Part shown: positions 45,571-54,641 of the stretch, in pieces
How positions within the stretch are numbered: the stretch's first letter is position 1
Layout of the letters: every line of letters starts with the position of its first letter
From: Acidimicrobiia bacterium
Lineage (GTDB): Bacteria > Actinomycetota > Acidimicrobiia > Acidimicrobiales > JANYDT01
DNA length: 62,074 nt
Reading direction: 5' to 3'
Assembly: GCA_031381685.1 (NCBI GenBank)
Contig: JANMYF010000187.1
Location: forward strand, 1-62,074
Program-made: the position numbers and the translations under genes
The notes under the pieces: model-generated
What the model was told of the DNA's origin: nothing
Seen by the model: only the letters and a program-made list of their open reading frames with translations
Databases searched by the model: none

Positions 45571-48102
45571 ATGAACGCTAACTCAGTTCTGAGCAGGAAA
45601 TCAACGCCGATCCTGCCGACCGCACTGGGCTCGCTGCTATTTGCGCTTGGGATGGTCTCCGCTTGGGCACAAGGTGGCAGCGGTTCCTTGCTGGTTGTTG
45701 TCGTCTTGACTCTCTTTTTCGCGCTGGCCGACAGCCGTCGTGTGACGTTGCGGATCGGGCGTGATGTCACGTCTCACGGGTTCGTAGAACTCCCGGCCGT
45801 CTTTGCTTTGGCATTGGTCGCGGCCCCTTATCTGTTCATTGCTCGAGTGATCGGTTCAGGTGGTGCCACCGCCTGGCGGCTTCGTCGATCTCCGGAACGG
45901 ATAGCGTTCAACGTCGGACTGGACGGCGCCCAAGGTGCCGGATTGGCGCTCCTTACTGCTGTTCTTCCCTTTTCCGAATGGCGGCTTCGCGTTGTTGTGT
46001 CATTGGTGCTGGTCGACCTCGTCAGCGTCTTGTTGATCTTCTGGCTCATGCAGATGACCGGCGGGAATGTTTCGAAACGTGAAGCGATTCGAAGCACCAT
46101 TGTCACGCTGGTGATCACCACGATTTCGGCCCTTCTGGGGCTCGTATTGCTTGCCGCTTGGCAGACGTGGGACCTTGCAGTCTTGGCGGCACTTCCCTTT
46201 GCGGTGTTGTTCATCCGATCGTGGCGGGGGGAGATCGAGCGATCGCGGAAAGCTGATGCACTTGCCGCGCTTTCCCATCTCACGGCAGAGCTCACCGCCT
46301 CAACGCCCGGCGACGCGTCGATATCGGAATTTGCATCGCGATTGGCGTCGCTTGGCCGAGTGCGACGCATTGTCGTGTGCGTGGGTTCGGTGGCGTACAA
46401 GTGGGCCGATGATCGGTTGGTCACCCTGGAACTCCCTCATGATCTGGGTGGGGGACCGACCCTCGACGTGCATTCGCTCGGTTCCCTCCGAGCGCAACTG
46501 CTGGGTCCGAGTGAGCACCCTGTCGTTCGAGGAGCATCGTTTCGGGCGGGCAGCGACCGGGTGGGGTGGCTCATCCTTGCCGAACCCGAGGTCGGCACGG
46601 CGTTCAACGCCGAGACCGATTCGCTCGTCGAAACCGTTGCTGACCGGCTCGGCGCCTGGTTCTCCAATGCCGCGCTGATCGACGATCTCCGTCGTGAGGT
46701 CGACGAGCGTGAGTACCTCGCCTTCCACGACCCGCTGACCGACCTTGCGAACCGTCGGCGTTTCCGCGACGTCTTCGATGAAGTGTTGCAGTCGAAGTCC
46801 CACGGGGGACTTGTGCTCCTGGCCCTTGACCACTTCTCGCTGATCAACGACAGCGTCGGCCACCAGCAGGGTGACGAGGCGCTCGCGATCATCGCCTCCC
46901 GACTGCGCGAGGTGTCTCCGGTTGGATCGCTCGTGGCCCGCCTCGGCGGTGATGAGTTCGCCGTTCTCGTGCCGTCGCTCGACGATCGGCCCCTCTCCGC
47001 ACGCCAGCAGTCGGAACGCGCCGGCGCTTCGGTTCGCGTCGATCAGTTCCATATGTCCGAGATTGCCGGTCAACTACTCGCCTCCGTCGCCGAACCACCA
47101 CTGGTGCTGGCCGGAATGTCGTTCTCGCTCACCGCGAGCGCCGGCATCACGACGTTCCCGGCCGACGGCACCGAGCCGTCCGAACTGCTCCGCGAAGCTG
47201 ATCAGGCGCTCCAGTCGGCCAAAGCGCAGCGCAACGGATTCGTTTTCTACAGCGCCGAGCGTCACGGCAAGGACCACGCCCAGGTCACCCTGCTCGGTGA
47301 ACTCAGGCGAGCGCTCGAGAACGACGAGATCATCCTGCACTACCAACCCAAGATCGATCTTCCCCAGGGCGGCAAGCTCACCGGGGTCGAGGCCCTCGTC
47401 CGCTGGAACCACCCGACTCGCGGGTTGGTATTCCCCGACGAGTTCATTCCCGTCGCTGAGCACTATGACCTTCTCAACGACATGTTCTTCTACGTGGTCG
47501 AGCGGAGCCTTCTCCAGCTCCGGAAGTGGTCGACCGAAGGCCTTTCGCGTCTGACCGTCGCCGTCAATCTGTCGGCTCGCAACCTCCGAGCCCCCCACCT
47601 GACTCGAAGGATCTCCCGGATGATCGAGTCCTACGGGATCGAGCCGGGCCGTCTCACGCTCGAACTGACCGAAACCGCGCTCATGGCCGACGCCGATCAC
47701 GCCATGCGCACGCTGCGGGTACTGCGTGACGAATGCGGTGTCGAGATCGCCGTCGACGATTTCGGCGTCGGACTGTCTTCGATCGCGTACCTCCGCGACC
47801 TGCCGGCGTCGGAAGTGAAGATCGACAAGACGTTCTGCCACGGCCTTCCCGGCGATCAGGCGAACGAGGCGATCGTGCGGGCGATTCATCAACTGGCGAC
47901 CCGACTGGGGAAGAAGGTGACGGTCGAAGGGGTAGAGACGGAGGAGACGTTCATCTTCTTCCGCGACATCGGCATCGACCAGGTTCAGGGCTACTGGATC
48001 GCCCGTCCGATGGAACCGCTGGCACTGAAGGACTGGTGGACGAAGAACCAACGCCGCCTCGAAACGCCGGTTCTTCGGACTGTGGGCCGAAGCGCCTCCT
48101 GA
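45571..48102 (+). CDS. membrane-bound GGDEF-EAL protein (putative diguanylate cyclase/phosphodiesterase) with a central GAF-like region
   Basis: About 6 N-terminal TM segments. GGDEF motifs: DPLTDLANRRRF and ARLGGDEFAV. EAL motifs: EALVRW, ELTE, DDFGVGLSS, KIDKTF, EGVET, QGYW. Confidence 0.9.
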   Translation: MNANSVLSRKSTPILPTALGSLLFALGMVSAWAQGGSGSLLVVVVLTLFFALADSRRVTLRIGRDVTSHGFVELPAVFALALVAAPYLFIARVIGSGGATAWRLRRSPERIAFNVGLDGAQGAGLALLTAVLPFSEWRLRVVVSLVLVDLVSVLLIFWLMQMTGGNVSKREAIRSTIVTLVITTISALLGLVLLAAWQTWDLAVLAALPFAVLFIRSWRGEIERSRKADALAALSHLTAELTASTPGDASISEFASRLASLGRVRRIVVCVGSVAYKWADDRLVTLELPHDLGGGPTLDVHSLGSLRAQLLGPSEHPVVRGASFRAGSDRVGWLILAEPEVGTAFNAETDSLVETVADRLGAWFSNAALIDDLRREVDEREYLAFHDPLTDLANRRRFRDVFDEVLQSKSHGGLVLLALDHFSLINDSVGHQQGDEALAIIASRLREVSPVGSLVARLGGDEFAVLVPSLDDRPLSARQQSERAGASVRVDQFHMSEIAGQLLASVAEPPLVLAGMSFSLTASAGITTFPADGTEPSELLREADQALQSAKAQRNGFVFYSAERHGKDHAQVTLLGELRRALENDEIILHYQPKIDLPQGGKLTGVEALVRWNHPTRGLVFPDEFIPVAEHYDLLNDMFFYVVERSLLQLRKWSTEGLSRLTVAVNLSARNLRAPHLTRRISRMIESYGIEPGRLTLELTETALMADADHAMRTLRVLRDECGVEIAVDDFGVGLSSIAYLRDLPASEVKIDKTFCHGLPGDQANEAIVRAIHQLATRLGKKVTVEGVETEETFIFFRDIGIDQVQGYWIARPMEPLALKDWWTKNQRRLETPVLRTVGRSAS

Positions 48103-48127
48103 TTCTGGAGGGACTCAGCGTGGGAGA

Positions 48128-49372
48128 TCAGCTGGGGTTCTGATCGAAATCGAGACGAATCCGGCTGAGCCGGCGACCGCCGACGAGCAACGCACCGAGC
48201 GTCAGCGCTGCGGCGACGCCGTAGACCGTCGGAATCGTCGAGATATCGGCGACGGCTCCGGCAACAGCGGCTCCAGCAAATGACGCACCGATCATCATGA
48301 GCCGCCCGACGCTCGACACGCGCCCCAGAAGGTGCGTGGGCACTCCCTGCTGGCGCAGGGTTCGGATGATCGTGTTCACGATCGGCGGGATGAATCCTTC
48401 GACCGTGAACGCTGCCGCGGCCACGATCGTCGACCGCGTCGAGGCGAGGACGATGAGCGCTGCGGCGAGGGCAACGAAGCACGAGGCGACGGAGAACCAA
48501 GTGCCAAGACGTCGCCATATCCGGAACGCCAGAACACTGCCGATCAGGCCACCGATCGCCGGCACGGCGATGAACAGGCCGTATTGCCAGTTGGACAACC
48601 CGAGGTGCCGCTTGCCGTAGAGCACCAACGCGCTGTTGGTCATCCCGCTCGCGCCAGCACCTATGCAGAGGAAGAGTGTAAGAGCCCAGAGATCGCGATT
48701 TTGGCGGAACCACGCCCATCCCGCCGAGATATCGGGTCGCAACGACAACCGCTTCGGGTACGAGCGTCCCTCCGTTTCGACTCGTACGCCGCGGATGAGC
48801 ACGCCGGAGCCAAAGAACGACGATGCGTCGCCGACAAACGGAAGCCATGGCGCCCAGGAGAACAGCAACGCTCCGAGACTCGGCCCGGCGAACTGCTCCC
48901 CGGCCAACTCCGCCGAGCCGAGATAGCTGTTGCCCCGATCGAGCTCCCCGGAACGGACGATCGAGGGAAGAAACGACGCCGCGGCGGGAATGTGCGCGCA
49001 GTCGGCTACGCCGACGATGAACGCCACGACGAGCACCATCGGGATCGAGGCCACCCCGGCATAGACCGCCACGCCGAGCAGCAGCATCGTCACGAACCGG
49101 GCCCCGTCCATCTGCATCATCGTCAGCCTGGCCGGGCGCGAATCGACCCATGCGCCGGCGGCCAGACCGAACAGCAGCCAAGGCAGACGCGAAGCGGCGA
49201 AGGTCAGCGTGACCCACAGGCCGCGGTTGCTGAGCGACTCGGCCAGGAGCGGGAGCGCGGCGAACGCCAGGCCGTCTCCGACGCTGCTCACGCCGACGGC
49301 GCTCCAGGTCCTCCAATACGCCTTCGACAGGGGTGGTTCGTCCGAGGCGACGGACGGCCTGTCGATGCTCAC
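48128..49372 (-). CDS. MFS transporter (EntS/DUF894-like)
   Basis: GTG 49372 (cac at 49370-49372) inside track ORF 48128..49537, 18 nt after the Rrf2 stop. 12-TM-like hydrophobic profile. Confidence 0.8.
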   Translation of the reverse strand: MSIDRPSVASDEPPLSKAYWRTWSAVGVSSVGDGLAFAALPLLAESLSNRGLWVTLTFAASRLPWLLFGLAAGAWVDSRPARLTMMQMDGARFVTMLLLGVAVYAGVASIPMVLVVAFIVGVADCAHIPAAASFLPSIVRSGELDRGNSYLGSAELAGEQFAGPSLGALLFSWAPWLPFVGDASSFFGSGVLIRGVRVETEGRSYPKRLSLRPDISAGWAWFRQNRDLWALTLFLCIGAGASGMTNSALVLYGKRHLGLSNWQYGLFIAVPAIGGLIGSVLAFRIWRRLGTWFSVASCFVALAAALIVLASTRSTIVAAAAFTVEGFIPPIVNTIIRTLRQQGVPTHLLGRVSSVGRLMMIGASFAGAAVAGAVADISTIPTVYGVAAALTLGALLVGGRRLSRIRLDFDQNPS

Positions 49373-49389
49373 GGGTGGATCGGCATTCG

Positions 49390-49857
49390 TCAGACCGCCC
49401 CGATCTCGATCGGTTCGAGGTCCGTCGGCGCTGCAGGAACGCCGCGGGAGCGCTGCACCATGCTCGCCAGCGAATGCGATCCGAGCACGCGCCGCATGAC
49501 CTCGCTGGCGTCTTCCCAGACGGCGAGTAGCACGCACTGTCCCTCGTGGTCACAGGCGCCGTTCTCGTGGGGGCGTCCGAAGTCGCCCAGCCCGATCGGG
49601 CCGTCGACGGCGCTGACGATCTCGGCGAGCGAGATGTCGGACGGATCACGGGCGAGGACGTAGCCACCGCCCACGCCCCGCTTGGATCGGACCAGACCGG
49701 CGCCTTTGAGGGCGAGGAGGATCTGTTCGAGGTAGGGCTGGGGGAGGGCCGTCCGGCCGGCGATGTCCCGTGCGCTCTGTGGGCCAAGGTCATCGGCGTG
49801 AAGGGCCAGCGAGAGCAGCGCCCGGCACGCGTAGTCCCCTCTGGTCGACACCCGCAT
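49390..49857 (-). CDS. Rrf2 family transcriptional regulator
   Basis: ATG 49857 inside track ORF 49390..50136. N-terminus MRVSTRGDYACRALLSLA; wHTH LPQPYLEQILLALKGAGLVRSKRGVGGGYVLA. Confidence 0.9.
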   Translation of the reverse strand: MRVSTRGDYACRALLSLALHADDLGPQSARDIAGRTALPQPYLEQILLALKGAGLVRSKRGVGGGYVLARDPSDISLAEIVSAVDGPIGLGDFGRPHENGACDHEGQCVLLAVWEDASEVMRRVLGSHSLASMVQRSRGVPAAPTDLEPIEIGAV

Positions 49858-49945
49858 GGGAATCAATGTACTTCGCCATCCCGCGTTCGCTGAGGTCTGG
49901 GGCAGTCCCGTGAACAGCGCGGCGAAACGCAGGTGACAGCATGGA

Positions 49946-50542
49946 GTGATGAACGAAGACGTGCCCCGCAACGCAGAGGTTGTCCTTCCGACCGATCCGA
50001 CGCCGCAGATCGACGGTGAAACAGCGGTCGAGCCGGTCACCGCTGAGGTCGTGGCTCCAACGGACCCGGCGCCGAACGTGGAGGAAGAGGTCGTGTCCGA
50101 GCCGGGGAAAGTCATGCGGATCGGATCGATGATCAAGCAACTCCTGGAGGAGGTGCGTCAGGCCCCTCTCGATGAGCGATCGCGGATTCGGCTTCGCGAG
50201 ATCTACGAAGTCTCGATCCGTGAGCTGTCCTCGAGTCTGTCGACCGATCTCCGCCAGGAGCTGGAGAGCCTGGCTCTGCCGTTCGGCGACGAGGCTCCGA
50301 GCGACGCTGAGCTCCGCGTCGCCCAGGCCCAGCTCGTCGGGTGGCTCGAGGGTCTGTTCCACGGCATCCAGGCGGCGATCTTCGCCCAGCAGATGGCCGC
50401 ACAGGCCCAACTCCAGCAGATGCGCCAGATGGGACAGATGGGACAGATGGGCCTGCCACCGGGCGCCGGTGGGGGCGACGGTGGGGAGATGGGCCCCGGC
50501 TCGGGTTCGGGTCGCCCGGCGGGCGGCGGCACCTATCTCTGA
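49946..50542 (+). CDS. bpa: bacterial proteasome activator Bpa (PafE, DUF2587)
   Basis: KVMRIGSMIKQLLEEVRQAPLDE, AQAQLVGWLEGLFHGIQAAIFAQQMAAQAQLQQMRQ, and a C-terminal ...GGTYL. As I recall it, this closely resembles mycobacterial Bpa, which ends in GQYL. Confidence 0.88.
   Translation: MMNEDVPRNAEVVLPTDPTPQIDGETAVEPVTAEVVAPTDPAPNVEEEVVSEPGKVMRIGSMIKQLLEEVRQAPLDERSRIRLREIYEVSIRELSSSLSTDLRQELESLALPFGDEAPSDAELRVAQAQLVGWLEGLFHGIQAAIFAQQMAAQAQLQQMRQMGQMGQMGLPPGAGGGDGGEMGPGSGSGRPAGGGTYL
50417..50452 (+). repeat. 4 x 9-bp tandem repeat in the bpa linker
   Basis: cagatgcgc cagatggga cagatggga cagatgggc, encoding QMR QMG QMG QMG. Confidence 0.9.
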
Positions 50543-50642
50543 CGTACGATCGTCATCCCCTGGAATTGCAATCGTGTGATTCGAGGTCGTACCGAGCATC
50601 GGTGATGTCCATCGCCACCCCGCCCGGGAGGAGGTCGCCCCG

Positions 50643-53600
50643 TTGAGCAAGTCGTTCGTCCATCTCCACCTCCACACCGAGTACTCGATGCTCGACGGCG
50701 CCGCGCGCATCGACGACGTGGTCGCGGCGGCACGTGCCGACGGCCAACCCGGGATCGGCATCACCGACCACGGCAACATGTACGGCGTCCTCGATTTCTA
50801 CAAGGCCGCTCGGGCCCAGGGCATGAAGCCCATCATCGGCACCGAGGCATACATGGCGGCCGAAAGCCGCACCGAGCGACCGGTCCGCCGCGGCCGACTC
50901 GACGACGGTGATCAGGGCGAAGGCGACAAGCTCTACTACCACCTCACCCTTCTGGCCGAGACCAGCCAGGGTTATCGCAACCTCATGAAGCTCTCCAGCA
51001 AGGCCTATCTCGAGGGCTACTACTACAAGCCGCGTCTCGACTGGGAGCTGCTCGAACAGCACCACGAAGGCATTATCGCCACCACGGGTTGCCTCGGCGG
51101 TGTCGTGCTCCAGGCGCTGCTGGCGAAGGACTTCGCGCTCGCCCTGAAGCGAGCGGCCCGCCTCCAGGACATCTTCGGTCGCGATTCGCTCTTCGTCGAA
51201 CTCCAGGATCACGACATCCCGGCCCAGCACGAGACGAACCCTCAGCTGATCGAGATCGCCCGCCTCCTCAAGGCGCCGCTGCTGGCCACCAATGACAGCC
51301 ACTACACCCATCAGCACGACTCGCTCGCCCACGACGCCCTGCTTTGCGTGCAGACGGGGGCGCTTCTCAGCGATCCGAAGCGCTTCAAATTCCACGGCGA
51401 CCAGCACTACCTGAAGTCGGCGGCGGAGATGCGAACGCTGTTCCGGCATTGGGAGAGCGCGTGCGACAACACACTGTGGATCGCGGAGCGGGCGAACGTC
51501 GAGATCGAATTCGGTCGAACCGACCTGCCCGAGTTCCCGCTCCCTTTCGGCTTCACCTCCGATGCCGAATACCTGCGCCATCTGGTCTTCGAGGGCGCCC
51601 GCGATCGCTACGGCGAGCCGCTTTCGGCCGATGTCCGGGAGCGACTCGACTTCGAGCTGAACGTCATCATCGAAATGGGCTTTGCCGCCTACTTCTTGGT
51701 GGTGTGGGACCTGATCAAGTACGCGAAAGACCAGGGCTGGCGGGTCGGCCCGGGCCGCGGCAGTGCCGCCGGCAGCGCGGTGAGCTACTGCCTTCGCATC
51801 GTCGACCTCGACCCGATCAAGTACGACCTCCTGTTCGAACGGTTTCTCAATCCGGGTCGCAAGCAGATGCCCGACATCGACATGGACTTCGACGAGCGGC
51901 ACCGTTCGAAGATGATCAAGTACGCGAGTGACAAGTACGGCGTCGACAAGGTCGCCCAGATCGTGACCTTCTCCACGATCAAGGCACGTGCGGCGGTACG
52001 CGATGCCGCACGCGTACTCGGCTTCCCGTATTCGGTCGGAGATCGTGTGGCCAAGGCGATGCCACCGCTCGTCATGGGCCGTGACACGCCACTGTATGCG
52101 TGCTTAGAACCTCATCCGAAGTTCGAAGACGGCTACAAGATGGCCGCTGAACTCCGGGCGATGGTGGAGGCCGATCCCGACGTCCGCCAAGTCGTGCAGG
52201 TGGCCAAGGGTCTCGAAGGACTCCGCCGCGGCGACGGCATCCACGCGGCGGCAGTGGTGATCACGCGGGAACCGCTCACCGAATACCTCCCGATCCAGCG
52301 CAAGCCAGAACCGGGCGGCTCCATCGACGACGCACCGATCGTCACACAGTACGAGATGCACGGGGTCGAGGAGCTCGGCCTGCTCAAGATGGACTTCCTC
52401 GGGCTGCGGAACCTGAGCGTCATCGACCGGGCCATCGAGCTGATCGAACTGGCGCACGGTGTTCACATCGACATCGACAACGTCGACCTCGAGGACGAGA
52501 AGACCTTCGAGCTGTTGCGCAACGGTGATTCGATCGGCGTGTCCCAACTCGAAGGCGGACCGATGCGCACGCTGATGCGGGCGTTGGCGCCGACGAGGTT
52601 CGACGACGTCTGCGCGCTCGTGGCGCTCTACCGGCCGGGCCCGATGGCCGCCAACATGCACAACGACTACGCCGATCGCAAGAACCACCGCAAGCCGATC
52701 GAGTACTTCCACCCCGACGCCGAAGCGCTTCTCGGCGACACGCAGGGCCTGATGATCTATCAGGAGTCGATGATGCGCGTCGCCCAGAAGTTCGCCGGCT
52801 ACTCGCTCTCGGAGGCCGACAATCTGCGCAAGGCCGCCGGCAAGAAGGTCCGCGAGATCATGGCCAAGGAGCGCGACAAGTTCGTGCAGGGCTGCGAGAA
52901 CACCGGCTATGGAGCGGCGCTCGGCACCAAGATCTTCGACATCATCGAGCCGTTCGCGGACTACGCGTTCAACAAGAGCCATTCGTTCGGCTACGGCTTC
53001 GTCAGTTACCAGACCGCGTATCTGAAAGCGAACTACCCGGCCGAGTATCTCGCCGCGCTGCTCACCAGCGTGAAGGATGACAAGGACAAGGCGGCGGTGT
53101 ACCTCGCCGAGTGCCGGAACTCCGGCATCACCGTGCTCGTGCCCGACGTGAACGCGTCGAACAGCGACTTCACCACCGATCACCGCAACGGGCCCACCGT
53201 GCGTTTCGGCATGGCCGGGGTCCGAAACGTCGGCGAAGGGATCGTCGGCGACATCGTCGCCGAACGGACAGCGAACGGGCCGTTCGCCGACTTCCACGAT
53301 TTCTGCGTCCGCGTCCCGCTCCAGGTCCTGAACAAGCGGGCCATCGAATCGCTGATCAAGGGCGGCGCGTTCGAGTCGCTCGGACACACTCGTCGCGGGC
53401 TGATGGAAGTCTTCGAGACCGTGATCGATCGCGTCGTCCCGAGGCGTCGGGAGATGGAATCGGGCGTGCAGTCGCTCTTCGGTGACATCGGGTCCGACGA
53501 CGGGGGAGCGGTCGGCTTCGACGACACCAAGGTTGCGATCGCCGAGCACGAGTGGGACAAGATGACCAAGCTCGGCTTCGAGAAGGAGATGCTCGGCCTC

Positions 53601-54203
53601 TACATCAGCGACCATCCGCTGCTCGGAGCCCAGGCGTCACTGCGCAAGACCTGCGACCTCACCATCGCCGAGTTCCGGGAAGGCCGGGCAACTCCGACGT
53701 TCTCGGGAGACGGGCGCGAGTCGAACACGAAGACCGTCGGCGGCATCATCACCGGACTGACCCGCAAGTACACGAAGAAGGGCGAGCTGATGGCGGTGTT
53801 CACGCTCGAAGACCTCGACTCCGCCATCGAGGTCATGGTCTTCCCGAAGACGATGCTCGAAATCGGCTACCTGCTGGCCGACGACGCCCTCGTCACGGTG
53901 CGCGGGCGGCTCAACGAACGCGACGAGGCCCTGTCCCTCGTGGCGATGGACATCCGCAAGATCGAGCTGGTCGCCGACAACATCGCCGTGCCATTGCGAC
54001 TCCTCGTGAACGACCGGGCGCTCGCCCCGCACACGCTCGAGTCGCTGAAAGAACTCCTCCTTGCTCACCCCGGCGATTCCGAGGTGTTCCTCCGATTCGG
54101 TACCCAGTCGGTACGCCTGCCTCCGCAGTTCCGCGTCGACCACTCGAATCGCCTGGTCAGCGAACTGCGGGTGCTCCTTGGGGAGAACGCCGTCGAACGC
54201 TGA
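50643..54203 (+). CDS. dnaE: DNA polymerase III alpha subunit DnaE
   Basis: TTG start after GGGAGGAGG. PHP domain FVHLHLHTEYSMLDGA. Length 1186 aa. Typical motif MPDIDMDF, plus an OB-fold tail. Confidence 0.96.
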   Translation: MSKSFVHLHLHTEYSMLDGAARIDDVVAAARADGQPGIGITDHGNMYGVLDFYKAARAQGMKPIIGTEAYMAAESRTERPVRRGRLDDGDQGEGDKLYYHLTLLAETSQGYRNLMKLSSKAYLEGYYYKPRLDWELLEQHHEGIIATTGCLGGVVLQALLAKDFALALKRAARLQDIFGRDSLFVELQDHDIPAQHETNPQLIEIARLLKAPLLATNDSHYTHQHDSLAHDALLCVQTGALLSDPKRFKFHGDQHYLKSAAEMRTLFRHWESACDNTLWIAERANVEIEFGRTDLPEFPLPFGFTSDAEYLRHLVFEGARDRYGEPLSADVRERLDFELNVIIEMGFAAYFLVVWDLIKYAKDQGWRVGPGRGSAAGSAVSYCLRIVDLDPIKYDLLFERFLNPGRKQMPDIDMDFDERHRSKMIKYASDKYGVDKVAQIVTFSTIKARAAVRDAARVLGFPYSVGDRVAKAMPPLVMGRDTPLYACLEPHPKFEDGYKMAAELRAMVEADPDVRQVVQVAKGLEGLRRGDGIHAAAVVITREPLTEYLPIQRKPEPGGSIDDAPIVTQYEMHGVEELGLLKMDFLGLRNLSVIDRAIELIELAHGVHIDIDNVDLEDEKTFELLRNGDSIGVSQLEGGPMRTLMRALAPTRFDDVCALVALYRPGPMAANMHNDYADRKNHRKPIEYFHPDAEALLGDTQGLMIYQESMMRVAQKFAGYSLSEADNLRKAAGKKVREIMAKERDKFVQGCENTGYGAALGTKIFDIIEPFADYAFNKSHSFGYGFVSYQTAYLKANYPAEYLAALLTSVKDDKDKAAVYLAECRNSGITVLVPDVNASNSDFTTDHRNGPTVRFGMAGVRNVGEGIVGDIVAERTANGPFADFHDFCVRVPLQVLNKRAIESLIKGGAFESLGHTRRGLMEVFETVIDRVVPRRREMESGVQSLFGDIGSDDGGAVGFDDTKVAIAEHEWDKMTKLGFEKEMLGLYISDHPLLGAQASLRKTCDLTIAEFREGRATPTFSGDGRESNTKTVGGIITGLTRKYTKKGELMAVFTLEDLDSAIEVMVFPKTMLEIGYLLADDALVTVRGRLNERDEALSLVAMDIRKIELVADNIAVPLRLLVNDRALAPHTLESLKELLLAHPGDSEVFLRFGTQSVRLPPQFRVDHSNRLVSELRVLLGENAVER

Positions 54204-54419
54204 CCCGCCGCCGGCAACGCCGCCGTGCGGCGACGCGGGGCCGGTCCTTCACGCGCAGATCGCCCGTTTTGGCGCGCACCTCAGCCGATGTTGCGCAAAC
54301 ACCGGGCCGGAAATGTTGAGGTGCCGCGCGGAAGCAGTTGAGGTGCGCGTGAGGGGCCTGGGTGCGCTCGGGCCTCGGCGTTCAAGACTGTCCGGTGAAG
54401 AGTCGACAATGGATGCCAG

Positions 54420-54584
54420 GTGTCGAAGCTTCTGTTCCTTTCGCTGATCATCGCGATCGTCGTGATCCCGACGCGCCTGTCGAAGGGCGCGTTCTCGGCG
54501 CGTCGCGTCGTGCGCGCCTACCTCCTCGCTGCGGTCGGCTACGGCTTTGCGCTGCTCTACGTGATCCCCCGACTGGGGCTCTGA
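54420..54584 (+). CDS. small hydrophobic membrane protein (54 aa, two predicted TM segments); absent from the ORF track
   Basis: My own translation from GTG 54420: VSKLLFLSLIIAIVVIPTRLSKGAFSARRVVRAYLLAAVGYGFALLYVIPRLGL, with stop TGA at 54582-54584. The third codon position is almost always G/C in this frame only. Ends 57 nt before the next gene's start. Confidence 0.5.
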   Translation: MSKLLFLSLIIAIVVIPTRLSKGAFSARRVVRAYLLAAVGYGFALLYVIPRLGL

Positions 54585-54641
54585 CGCCGTGGGATGCGGA
54601 CGGAACAGGATCTCCAGCGGCGCGTTCGATGAGGCCCGAGC

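Noticed and set aside
47991-49793. 600-aa minus-strand ORF, and the plus-strand ORF 48332..49663, overlapping the MFS/Rrf2 genes
   Set aside because: Both are extremely Arg-rich with no TM or domain signature. The alternative minus-strand frame gives a typical 12-TM MFS protein and an Rrf2 wHTH.
50553-53615. Long minus-strand ORFs (50553..51902 and 52104..53615) inside dnaE
   Set aside because: They are antisense to a full-length DnaE with a PHP domain and polymerase core. They carry no motifs and are GC artefacts.
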